In this document: positions 37,829-49,608 of the stretch, piece after piece
How positions within the stretch are numbered: position 1 is the first letter of the stretch
How the letters are laid out: every line of letters starts with the position of its first letter
Assembly (NCBI RefSeq): GCF_033153115.1
Contig: NW_026889759.1
Span: 13,516,001 to 13,580,000, forward strand
DNA length: 64,000 bases
Source of the DNA: Saccostrea echinata
Taxonomy: Eukaryota
Direction: 5' to 3'
The notes under the pieces: generated by a model
Seen by the model: the letters and a program-made list of their open reading frames with translations, nothing else
What the model was told of the DNA's origin: nothing
Databases searched by the model: none
Program-made: the position numbers and the translations under genes

Positions 37829-39203
37829 TGAAGGTGATATTAAAAAGATGCTAGAGTTCCTTATTGACAACAGCTATGTAGTCTTTGGGGACTTGTTGCC
37901 CTTTTCACACACACACAAAAAATCTTACGACTAAGATAAAAATTTTACTACTCTGTAATTATTTTGTTTGATATGATATTATTTTTTTTCTAAAACATTT
38001 TTCACAATATATATATGTATTGCTATGTAGTAGGAATATAAGATTTTTGGTGACCTACTATAGCTTAGATACTTTTGGGAGTATTGGAATTTTTTGTCCT
38101 AATTGTAAGATATTTTATGAAAAGGTCCACAGGTCTTCAAACAATCTGTTGGAATTTCGATGGGAACTAATTGTGCTCCTTTCTTAGCTGTCCTGTTTTC
38201 ATATTCTAGTGAAGCAGTATTCAGAACTTCTACATGAGAAGAAGAACTCTTGCTTTGGCTTTAACTCGACATTAATATATAACGACGACGTCTTATCAAT
38301 TAACAACAGTTGCTTTCATTCATATGTCGACTAATATATCCCAGTGAACTCGAAATTAAAGGCAATACAGAGTCTGCCACATCTGTATCATATTTGGATA
38401 TTTTACTGACTATAGACGATAATGGCCAACTACTAACTAAACTGTATGACAACCGGGATGACTTCAGCTTTTCAAACGCCGCCAACTTCCCTTATTTATA
38501 TTCATGTAGTAATATTCCAATGTCATCTGCATATAAAGTGTTTAAAATATCTCCCACCTGATTCGATTCGCAAGAACATGCCTTCAATACGATTAATTTC
38601 TAATTAATTTGATGTTACAAGGATTTCAACAACCTCGTTTAAAGTAAGTTTTTCGCAAATTCAACGGTCGTTATAATGACCTTGTTTGTAAAAATTGTCT
38701 GACATGCTGATTTTGTTAGGTACCTTGTAATTTTGACTACGGAGTACTCCATATACCTGATCAATATATACGGCTCACGGCGGGTGTAATCGGTCAACAG
38801 GGGATGCTTACTCCTCCTAGGCAGTCGCGAGGTAAGGAGTTGATCCTTACGTCGCGGGTTCGAATCCCACTGTGGGACGTGGAGACCGGTCCTACGGAGG
38901 AGACCGTATAGACCGAGGTCCCGTGTCGCAGTAGGTGTTGGCACGAAAAAGACTCCTCACTGCTCAATGGCCGTAAGTGCCGAGCATAGGACAAAATTTG
39001 CAGCTCTCCACCGGCAAGTGGTGGCGTCTCCATATGAGTGAAAAATTCTCGAGAGGGACGTTAAACAACAAACAAACAAACAAACAAACTCCTCCTAGGC
39101 ACTTGATCCAACCTCTGGTGTTTCCAGGGGTCCGTGGTTTTGCCCTGTTCCCGATTCGTTTTGTTTACTGGATTTCTGAGATCGATCACTGTTCGTAATC
39201 TTC

Positions 39204-39205
<2 letters not shown>
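37829..39205 (+). mobile_element. Degenerate Penelope-like retroelement (RT relic plus 3' end)
   Basis: Broken frames encode GI.MGTNCAP.LA.LF.Y, YPSELEIK.TES..S.SYLD and TKLYD.RDDFSF..NFP...SNIP. Interrupted at ~37896-38128 and by a SINE. Confidence 0.85.
38824..39087 (+). mobile_element. tRNA-derived SINE (5'-truncated) with (AAAC)n tail and 14-bp TSD
   Basis: B-box ggttcgaatccc; central ccgaggtcccgtgtcgcagtaggtgttggcacg block (V/Meta-type domain, tentative); TSD actcctcctaggca at 38810-38823 and 39088-39101. Confidence 0.88.

Positions 39206-39206
<1 letters not shown>

Positions 39207-39261
<55 letters not shown>
39207..39261. repeat. (TC)n(TA)n compound microsatellite
   Basis: Visible directly in the sequence. 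Confidence 0.95.
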
Positions 39262-40374
39262 GAAATGATAGCAAAAATATATCTTAAAACCTGAGTTTTT
39301 CGATTTCTTTTAAGACTAAATGATTAAGAAAATTTTTTTTAAAGTGTTTTGGATCAAATAATCCAATGATAATAAATAGCTTGCTTTTATTCATATGTGT
39401 GGAGAAAAACAAACACCAGTCTTCTCAGACAGATAAGATCAGCGACATAAGTGAAGATTTATGGAAAATCATTTCAATGCTTATGTAAATAATGCAAACT
39501 GTACATATCAATTTTACAATTTGATAAAGGTGCACTTCATTAGCACATCAATAGGACACTCTTCGCTTTAGAATGACGTACGACGCTTATTAAGAAGGGG
39601 CCATGGCACAGTACTACATGGCCTCATCTCTGATAAAGGTATGAGATAAAGTGAAGGTGATATGAGATATTTTTTAAAATATTACTGAGTAAGATTCATA
39701 GGAATTTATGAGAGTATCTTCTCAGCCTTGATACGTAAAGTGGAACATCTCACCTCATGTTATGTGTACTTTATTTAATAACATTAAACGAACAAAAGAA
39801 TAGATCTATTATAAACAGGGATACATGTACAAGCTGATCTGTTTTGAGAATTGCTTTTTTTCAATAGAGAAAACATATCCATAAGAAACACAAGTAGATT
39901 ACATATTTATCTCATAAATTATCTAAATGAATTATTATTCAAACGATAAAAGAAAGCAGCAAAAAGATATAATAATTAATAATAATTATAGAAGAAATAA
40001 TCCTACATTGAAATAAAAAAGTAACAGTTATATGTCTTCAAGTCATTCTGTACTTACCACATAGGGTAAGGTTAGATCATGTTGTTCATATTTTCATAGT
40101 ATTGCATGTCAAAGCATTGATATGATGGATCAGTTCAAGGTAAAAAAAATTTAAAACGACTGGTACCTATAAAAGTATAATCAATGACAAAGTACATATT
40201 CTTCCTTCCTAGCTTTATGTGCTGTTGTACAAGAACTAAAGATGCTTACGTTTCTTCCTTATACATATACAATATATGTATTTTGCTTTGATTTCGTTCA
40301 CCTGAGCACATTGGCTAGGAGGAATCAGAAATCAGTTCAGTATTGAACGGGGTGGTGGGGGGGGGGGGGGACTT

Positions 40375-41050
40375 AAGTTTACACTACCTCAGGATGCTTC
40401 CATATCTATTACTAACCATGGCTTTGCTGTTCTTAAACAAGAATTTAAAGATTGTTTTCCTATGTAAAAATCTCTCAAAGTGGCCCCACCCTACCCACTC
40501 TGAATTTGAATCTTAATTACCTGAGGATGCTTCTATAATAATATGTCCCACCCTTTTCTGATGGCACGCATATCAGTGCCTGCTTTATGGTATGTTTATT
40601 TTAAAGGGGGTCAGTTTGCATAATATGATGCCAAAGATTTTTGTGTTCTTATAAGTTTTTCTAGTCTCTTCTGACCCCCTTACTATGTGTATTTTTGTTT
40701 TGCGTCATTTACTTAAATAAATGACATTTTTTCACTTTCAATACTGTTGTTATTTTCTTCTATCCATCAAAAAACTAGCTCAGTTGACTTGGCTTCAGAC
40801 TTGCAACAATAAGGAACATAAATAATAATATGACTAATCATAGCTTTACTGTTCTTGAGCAGAAGATTTTTTCAAGATGATTCCTATATATACTTATGCA
40901 AAATTTGACCCTCTGTTGTGCCTTCAACCCCTTGGGAGTCATAATTTGAACAAACTTGATTCTACAATACCTAAGGTTGCTTTTGTATTAATTTGACTAA
41001 TAATGACTTAGTTGTTCTTGAGAAAAAGATTTTAAAGATATTTCCTATGT
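40375..41050. repeat. Cg170-like satellite units, diverged and interrupted
   Basis: tacactacctcaggatgcttcc, ctgttcttgagaaaaagatttt and tttgaacaaacttga motifs as at 6.6-7.1 kb. Confidence 0.6.
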
Positions 41051-41359
41051 AACGTGTATGATCAGGTTCTTACAAGGGATTTATAGGTTTTCTTTTTACT
41101 CTGAATTAATGATCGGAATGATTATTAAGACAGCTCTGTCTGAGGGTAAATCACACAGTACTTAAATTTTCTCTTATTCTAGAGACGATGACTGGGCAAG
41201 GTACTACTTGCACTGTGGTTCTCCCCTAGGTTCCCATTGATAGATAAGAACTGGGTATCTCACTCTTCTTCAGATTTACTACACTCAAAACTTTATATCA
41301 ATTCCCTAGGATACTTGTCACTGGTGTTCAAAGAGTTTACTATTCTTATTTTAAAACAT

Positions 41360-41525
41360 ATCATTCCTATTCGATAAAATGTGATTCCTATTCGATAAGC
41401 TGTTATTCCTATTCAAAAAAGTAATTCCTATTCGATAATTAATCATTTCTATTCGATAAATTGTTATTCCTATCGGAAGAAATATGATTCCTATTCGATA
41501 ACATGTCATTCATATTCGAAAATAT
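41360..41525. repeat. ~21-bp minisatellite (ttcctattcgataa core)
   Basis: About 8 consecutive units. Confidence 0.85.
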
Positions 41526-44500
41526 GTGATAATTAATTCTAGATAAGAAAAAAAGTTACCCCCAAGGTATGGAAGAGCGAATCTTTACAAAGCTAATTCC
41601 ATAAACCATGAACAAGGGATGGATTCTTTGAAACCAGAAATATTGACTTAAGTCAAGAAAATTGTTGTTCATGGATAGGAAGACAATGCTGATATTGTTA
41701 ACGCATAATTGATATAATTTTACAAATTCATTTTATTCTAGATGTGTTGTTTGGTTGCTGGCAGATGAAAGGATAGACTGCATGTCTCAGAGATCTGCGA
41801 AACAACAGACTGATCTGAGAAACTATAACCCTTCGAGTACCAGAATTTTCAGAGATGAGAAATACTTTGAGAAATGAAGAAATAAAATAAGTTTCCATCT
41901 TGAAAAAAAACTTTATATATTTAAAAGAATCTTCAAGTTTTTTGAAACGTCATCATGAATTAGATAAATACAACACCTAATTTAGCGAGTCACGCGAAAA
42001 TTAAATAAGAAAGATAAAGACCCCACTATAAGCCAAAGATAATTATAAAAATAGAGAAAACTGGATGCTGTCATAAGAGTTATACCCGCCTTAAGTGTTT
42101 GCTTCTACATGTACTTTCTTTCTTACGTAGGTAGTTAGCAAAGAAGTCACAACAGTTATTCTATTATTTACATGAATATAAATGTATCAAACTGCTCAAG
42201 TCCGAATGTTTACCATAGGCCTCTTATGTCAGTAATTCAGAAAATGAATTAATTAGGAAAAATGAACTTAGATAATAAAATGGAGCATTAATTCTGTTTT
42301 TTTTTTTATTTTGAAAAAAAAGAAGCTTTTTGTGAGAGAAAAAGGTGTTAATTTTTTTTTTGGTCCCTAGTTGTTCCTCGTGATTAAAATGAAAATTCCG
42401 AAATAACTATATATCTATAAGACACCATCAATCATATCAAGTTATTTTATATCTACTGCTTAAAATATGAGGAGTTTTCGGAACAAACACGTCGTTTTTC
42501 AGCCCTCAATCAATATTTAAAAAAAGAAACTGAAAATATTAAACTTTTCGGGAAAAAAATACAATATACAATGAAAACAACGTTTATCGACCCCAATTGG
42601 CCTCAGTATGAAAATGAAAATTCTGAAATCTTATTGCAGATCTAGGATACCACCAATCATATTCGAAAAGATAAATTGACTACTGTTTAAAATGAAAAAA
42701 GAGTTTGAGGAAGAAGAAAGCGTTGCAGACGGGCCGGGATAACAACAATCTATCCGAACTTTTTCTAGAAATTCGACTTTATTAACAAGGGAAAAAAGCT
42801 GAATTTGTTAAACCTCTCAGAAAACAAATTAACGCAAAAACTCTTTTTAAAAATTAAACAAATTTAAAACAAAACACAAAAGTTGGTCAACTTCAAAAGT
42901 AAGAAGCATCGGATTTGAAATTTTTTGAGAACTGCTGTCAGTAAAGGTAGACAACCACAATTATTTCACAGAAGGAGAACGGAGTGAATTTTATGACATT
43001 TAAAATTATGTTACATTTATTTTATATCTAGGAAAGAGAAAAAAAGGAATGGAGGAATAAGTGTTTATTACGTTATCAATTACAAATGATCAGATTAGAG
43101 GTTTATATGGATTTCTTACACATCTATCAACATAAAGCACATTTTTGCATTTTTCATTGTGATGTCATTAAACTTACAGCCATCAAATAAATCTAGAACA
43201 TTTGTTATAGTTTTTTCTCATCTACACACATCAAAAATGTAAGTTCTTCTGTGCTATTTAGAAACGCATATTCTTATTTATGTTTCGTTGGGGTAGCAAA
43301 GTTGTTTCTTGTTGCTTTCGTAGTAATGACATTTCTTATTTGGTTTTTATAACATAATGAAATGTTAGATTTGAAAAGATTGATAGATTTTTTTAGTCCC
43401 TAGATAGATTGTTGATAAATGTTTTATATCCGATCATATTCAAAATTTAGTGGTCATCAACTAATTAATGTGATGTGATCATGGTTTAAAGTGTACCTAT
43501 CTAACAGATAACATTTAAATTTCTTTCTTTCTTTTCTTTAATCTGTGTTTGTTTTTAAGAGATATTCATTCATACGTTAAAGCACTTTGTTACACCCCTC
43601 TCCCAAAACAAATAAAATCCAGCTCGATGCCACCATAAGACATTAATACTTGCACATAAGTCTTTGCCTTTAAATGTACTCTTCTTCACGCTACGTAACG
43701 AGAAAATATTTTATAATTTACTTAAATATACATGTATCAAATTGTGTACAAAATGCTAAGGTGAGCATTTGTGGCAAATGAGCCTCTTATGTAAGTATTT
43801 CATATATTTAAAAACTCATTACCGGTTTGAAGTTAAAGAATTCAAAATGCATACATTCTGTGTAAAAATGAAGCATGGGTTAGAGGGTTTGTGAGAAAAA
43901 AAGTTTTAATTTTTCGGCTCCCATTTGGCCTGGATTAAAATAAAAATGCACATCTGCAAGAAATCACCAATCATATTCCGCTATATGGATCTGGGGGCCC
44001 AGTGTTCTGCAGAAAAAAGTAGAATTTAAAAGACAATTTTCTAAATAAAAAGAACTTCGCCAACCAAGGATTTTTGATTCGCTACTCTTCTTACAAACCC
44101 TGTTTATTAGAAGAGTAGCGGATCAGAAACCCTTGCGTATCGGAGAAGAAATAAAAAAAAGTTAAAAACTGCTTTTTATTTCAGCCATTACAAATGTTTG
44201 TGGTTCTATCTGTTAATAATACTTATATTTGTGTACATTTTCATATACAGATGAAATATACATAGGTTTGTTAACGGCAAATCCATAAGTAAACATCACA
44301 GACATTTGTTTCAGTAATATTTTTTTTACTTGATAATATAATAATAAGACAGGATATCTATCTCCGAATTACATGGAGTACTGGCCTCCCAGAATCGTTG
44401 TTTACGCTTTCAGAGAAAAACAATGAGAAACAGTTACTGTTATTACCATCCTCCTCCACTATAATTTATCTACAAAACCATAAATGACATGCTTGTCTTT

Positions 44501-44745
44501 TTTCCTTTGTCTCCGTAAATTAACAGCGTCCAAACTCTGGAATATTCTTTTCACACTACGAAGTGCTATGTTCCATTAGATTTTGACTGGCTAAAAGTAC
44601 ATCGGAATGTATTCATGGAAAACAGAACGTAAAAAATTATATTTATTGAATGCAATTTTTAAACATCAAGATTGAATTTTTGTCACTGTGTTTTCTCTGA
44701 AGGTGAGAATGACTAATATTCTGGGTAATTCAGAGTTCGATACCT

Positions 44746-44951
44746 TGTAGATTCCTGAATATAGGCGAGGAATTAGTTATCGCGTAATTTCGCGAGAAGC
44801 AATAAATTACTCGCATTTATTCTAATAGTACAGAAATCAATGTAAAATCTCTTGATCAACTGTCTACTTGCGAATTATTGTTCTCGCGATTTGACGTTAA
44901 AGAGCCATTTCGTGATAATAAGTACTCGCGAAAAATAGGGAATCTACAGTA
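44746..44951 (-). mobile_element. MITE (tgtagattcc ... ggaatctacagta), TA-flanked type
   Basis: TIRs present; inverted homolog at 45397-45613. Confidence 0.75.
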
Positions 44952-45396
44952 TGGACCCAACGTCAAATTAATTGCCATGCAAATTACTTTGACACAAATG
45001 ATATCTTACATGCACAAAATATTTACAGTAATAAATCCAAGAAAATCTAATCAAAGGAAAATTTCTCTTTTACAGGAAAGCGTAATCTAGTTTGAATTTT
45101 TTGATACAGTTTAATGGATCATTATTTCTTATAGATAAAATAAATTTGAAATGGATATTTTGAATTTTATTTCATACTTTTATTTCATACTTTTTGTAAA
45201 TTTGGAAAAAATAGCATTTTTTTAAAAATAGAAAACGAATGCATAATTCAAAAAGAATAAAAATAAATAAATTTCCCTTAAATTAAGATTTAGTATGCAT
45301 AGTACATTTCATTTTGTACATAAATACCAAATATAATACTAAGTAATAAAAAAAACATCCATAAAGATTTGGAGACTAAAATTGATCTTTGTTAAA

Positions 45397-45613
45397 TACT
45401 GTAGATTCCTTATTTTTCGCGAGTACTTATTATCGCGAAATGGCTCTTTAATGTCAAATCGCGAGAACCATAATTCGCGAGTGGACGGTTAATCAAGAGA
45501 TTTTATATTGATTTCAGCAACATAAAAATAAAAGCGAGTCATTTTATTTCGCGAGTGGTGCTTCTCGTGTAATTACGCGATAATTAATTCCTCGCGTATA
45601 TTTAGGAATCTAT
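45397..45613 (+). mobile_element. MITE of the same family as 44746-44951, opposite orientation
   Basis: tactgtagattcct...aggaatctata; the internal sequence is the reverse complement of the 44.8-kb copy. Confidence 0.75.
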
Positions 45614-46116
45614 ACTAACTTCTACCTTAAAATTTTATTATTATGAGGCAAGGAAATGCAACGTTACTTTGAAGTGAGCTTCAACATCTGTAAAAAAAAA
45701 TCTAAAGTATAGAGATTTTACTGCATCTATGGATGTCATTATAAATAGTTTAATTCACTTCTTCTTTCTTCAAGTTGAAAAATGTACCAAAATTTTAACA
45801 AAAATTTACTAAATTGACAAGAGTTATGCCCTTTACTAATAGTAATTTTTATGGAAAAAATATTAACATCATATAATGATTTCCCCTCATCCGAATTAAA
45901 CAGATTTTTTTTTTATTAAATTCATTTTATGCATTCTACTCTCGTAGAGTTAATTTATGACAAAAGATGTTGCGTTGCAGTTAGTTTGATGTTTCATGAT
46001 AAATTGACTGGACTACTCGTAATTGTCATTATACAGGTGTTATATAAAGATTTTATTTATCTATTTGGTGTGCCTGAGGAGATCTGTTAAATCTAATTTC
46101 TTAGTTGTTGTATGAA

Positions 46117-47805
46117 ATATGGAGATAACGAACAGTAATCAAGCTCAAAGTCCATTAAAACAATACAAATCGGGAGCAGAGCAAACACGGACCTCCAAAA
46201 ACATCAGAGGTTGGATCAGGTACCATGGAGGAGTGAGCATCCCCTTCCGACCGGTCAACCCCGCCGTGTGGCCCTTGTCATGATCGGGGGATAACGGAAA
46301 AATCTGTCGACAATTCAGTGTGTAAATAATGGCCTCACTTCAAAGCTGTTCTCACCTATTGTAGTCCTTAATTTTTTGATGGCTTCAATGATTGTTTTTC
46401 AGTGAACGTTGTTTAATATGGTCTATGATCTTCAAATCATATATAAATTATTTAGTTAATATACGGCAGCGAAATCGGACATGCATAGAAATGCCGCTAC
46501 CCACTTCAAAATAAGTAAAGATTAAAAAAAAATGTGTAAAGTCAGTTTCCGTAGTAACTTTAGTGTATACTAGGGAAACAACCAATAAATGAAAAAAAAT
46601 ATTAGACTAGCGATCCCACAACGTTCCTTTCCTTCCCTTTCGCTAATCTAATCATCACAAAGCTGCGTAACAGATTGTCCTCCTTTTGCGTTGATAAATA
46701 GAACTGTAAACCATGCATTTGTAATTTTTGATGTATTAATTGTGTCTTTTGTGTTTATTTGCTAAATAAATTTAGTACCAAAAAATCATTTCCGTTGGAC
46801 TCCATGTTTACATGTACACACATTCATAAAACGTGATAAAAAAAACCCAGCATTTTAACAGAGCTTAACGGGGCTAAAGAAAATTAACACACTTGAATTT
46901 ACATTTTCACCGAGTACCCCGGTACTCGATCGCAAAAAACGTTCGAGTAACCGATTATCAAAAATTGACCGATTTGACATCCCTAGACTTAATGATAGAT
47001 TGTATTTGCTCATTGTATCGACCATAGAACTTACGAAATGATGACTTTAAACGAGACTGTTGTAGCTTTGTTGTAGATTACCATTAACGTCCTTTTCTAG
47101 TAAAATATCCAAATATGAAACAGATGTGTCAGACTCTGTGGCATCTTTTATTTCAAGCTCACTGGGATAAATCGTGTCGACATATGAATGGAAATAACTA
47201 TTGTTAATTGATAATACGTTATCGATATATCTAAATGTCCAGTTGAAGGCCACAGCTAGAAATGTCTTTTTCTCATGTTTAAGATTTTGAATAAATTCTG
47301 CTTCATATGAATACAAAAATAGGTCTGCATACAACAACGAAGTGCAATTGGTACCCATGGGAATTCCAACAGATGGTTAGAAGACCTGGTCTCCAAGAAC
47401 CACATAGATATTGTCGATCAGAAACTCAAGCATCTTTTTAATATCAACTTCAGAGTACTTATGTGTATAATTAGACTGTTTTTAACAAAATAATTTTGCA
47501 ATTGACCAATGACAAGGTAAATAAATTGACGAGTTTCTTTTTTATTGAAAAAGCAGATGTCAGTGATGTCAAAAAGTCTGAACTTTAATTTGTCGTGGGG
47601 AATGGTGGTAAAACAGAGTTGAAAAGTTTTTGTTATTGAATTTGGTAAAACTTTGTGATTTCAAATTTTTCAAAGATCCTTGGAATTTTTAAGTATCCAT
47701 ATCTGATTTACACCATTCCTTGAATATATTGTTGCACAGTACTCCTTAAGTTTCATCTTTCCTGCTATTAATATTTTAGTGAGGAGTAAAGAAAGAGGCT
47801 TGCTA
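46117..47805 (-). mobile_element. Degenerate Penelope-like retroelement, interrupted by a DNA-element fragment
   Basis: ORF 47358-47047 reads MGTNC...ADLFLYSYEAEFIQ...FRYIDNV...YPSELEIKD.TESD.S.SYLD; 3' end at ~46117-46340. Confidence 0.85.
46341..46985. mobile_element. Truncated DNA-transposon derivative (hAT-like end ...gacatcccta)
   Basis: Homologous to 57003-57592 (ccttaattttt.gatggcttcaatga; gcgaaatcggacat; ccgagtaccc.ggtactcgatcg). Confidence 0.65.
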
Positions 47806-48740
47806 GAATATTCGCTGTATACTACCTTAAAAGCATTTATTTAAATTACAAAAACCTTGTCAAGTTTCTTTTCGACCAAAATTCATGCTTCATTTTTTTT
47901 TTATTTCAGACTGGTGAGGAATTAATTACATGACATCCTATCGTAAGAGTCCATGGATCACACGCTCACCTTATTTGATATGTGCACATGTATATTATGT
48001 ATTTACGTAAATTTTAATTATATACATGGTCATTTAGAGGCAAGTACTTATGTGCTGGTATTAATTAACTGTGTTAAGACAGCATCCTTTTATTTTAAAG
48101 AGATAATGTGTAAAAAGTGAAGATATTAATCATTCATTGATAAATTAATAATGAAAATAAAAATTATGATGTACATGTATTTGTATTCGAAAACTAGTTT
48201 TATTTTACCCATGTATAATAAATTTCAAAATGGTCTTTGATCGGGCGTGATGAATCTTATTGTAGATAGTAAATAACAATTTATTAACAGAAATAAAAGC
48301 TTAACCTTTTAGAATGTAGAACTTTTGTGAACTTCCTCTCCAAAGTAGTATTATTTGTTGAAATTACCACAATCAATGTTCATTTAATGAAAGTTAATAT
48401 TTCATTTCATTTCTCATTAATCTGACCTGACTAGAAGGTTAATTAAGGTATAAGTGACGTCTTGCACTTCTTCACATAGAATAATATTTTATGTTCCCTG
48501 TGTTCTCTGAAATCAAACACAATAAACATTAAATAGAGTTTCCCTTAATGAAGTTTTGTAAGAATTATGACTATTTTTGCTCCCGTTAGTTTCTCTTAAA
48601 TCGTGTTTTGCACCACTAAACAAAGAGTTGTAAAATAAATTCATAAATATGTTTTCAGTTTCTGAAGTATAAGATTTATTTATTTTTTTTTCAGAATGAA
48701 TAGAAGATATGCTGTATCCTTTAGATTTTATTCATTGTAT

Positions 48741-48781
<41 letters not shown>

Positions 48782-49429
48782 CTTTTACCCAACTGAAATT
48801 ATTTTAGATTTTAAATTTGCATTTGAGAACTTGAATGTTTTAAATTACATTAACATTTGTAATAAAATGATAAAATGATGTACGTTTTTATCACTGAATT
48901 CAAAAATAGAAAAGCAGTTTACAGTATATTGAAAAACAATGTAAATAAATTATGTCGTATGTATGCTTCATTTTGATAGGAATGTTTTTCATTTTCATTT
49001 TTTCCCTATAAAAGAATTTTTTCTAACAAAAATACTAAATTATCGGAGTTTGTTCTCTGCCTCTCAATATATTCCACTTAATTACAAACAAACACCCTAA
49101 TTTGAAATGTGACCTTTAATTAAGAATGAATAGGCATCAATATTAGCTTTGACAGCAACATTAAAGGAGGAGGAAATTTCGTAAAATCAGGTGTTCATGC
49201 AAATAACACGTATTCAGTTCTTAATACAAGGTACATAATACTTTTAATTAACTGAAGTTTATTAACATTGGGCAGACAATAAAATACACATATTGCATTT
49301 TGAGACAAATTTTGGCTGCATTCTTATCATTTTTCATTTGGAGAAAATGGTTTTATTTCTAATAAAGATGAGTGAGTAGTTTGTCATTAGTTTCCTAATA
49401 ACCTGTAAATTTCTACAATATTACTTTTG

Positions 49430-49435
49430 TATAAA
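49430..49435 (+). promoter_or_regulatory. Candidate TATA box of the homeobox gene
   Basis: tataaa(ggg) ~175 bp upstream of the ATG. Confidence 0.3.
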
Positions 49436-49608
49436 GGGCGTGTTTTTGAGGACAGCATCAAATCCTAGGATCCAATAGCTATTGTCTAGAAGAAATTTGC
49501 AAAAGTATTTATTTCGTTGTGGGTATATATTAACATTCAATTAAATTCTGTCTGACAAATCTTAATTTTGACTTTGTTTAAACAATCACTGTAAGTCATT
49601 CTCTTATA

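Noticed and set aside
38824-38875. tRNA gene
   Set aside because: Only a B box/T arm is present; it is the head of a TSD-flanked SINE.
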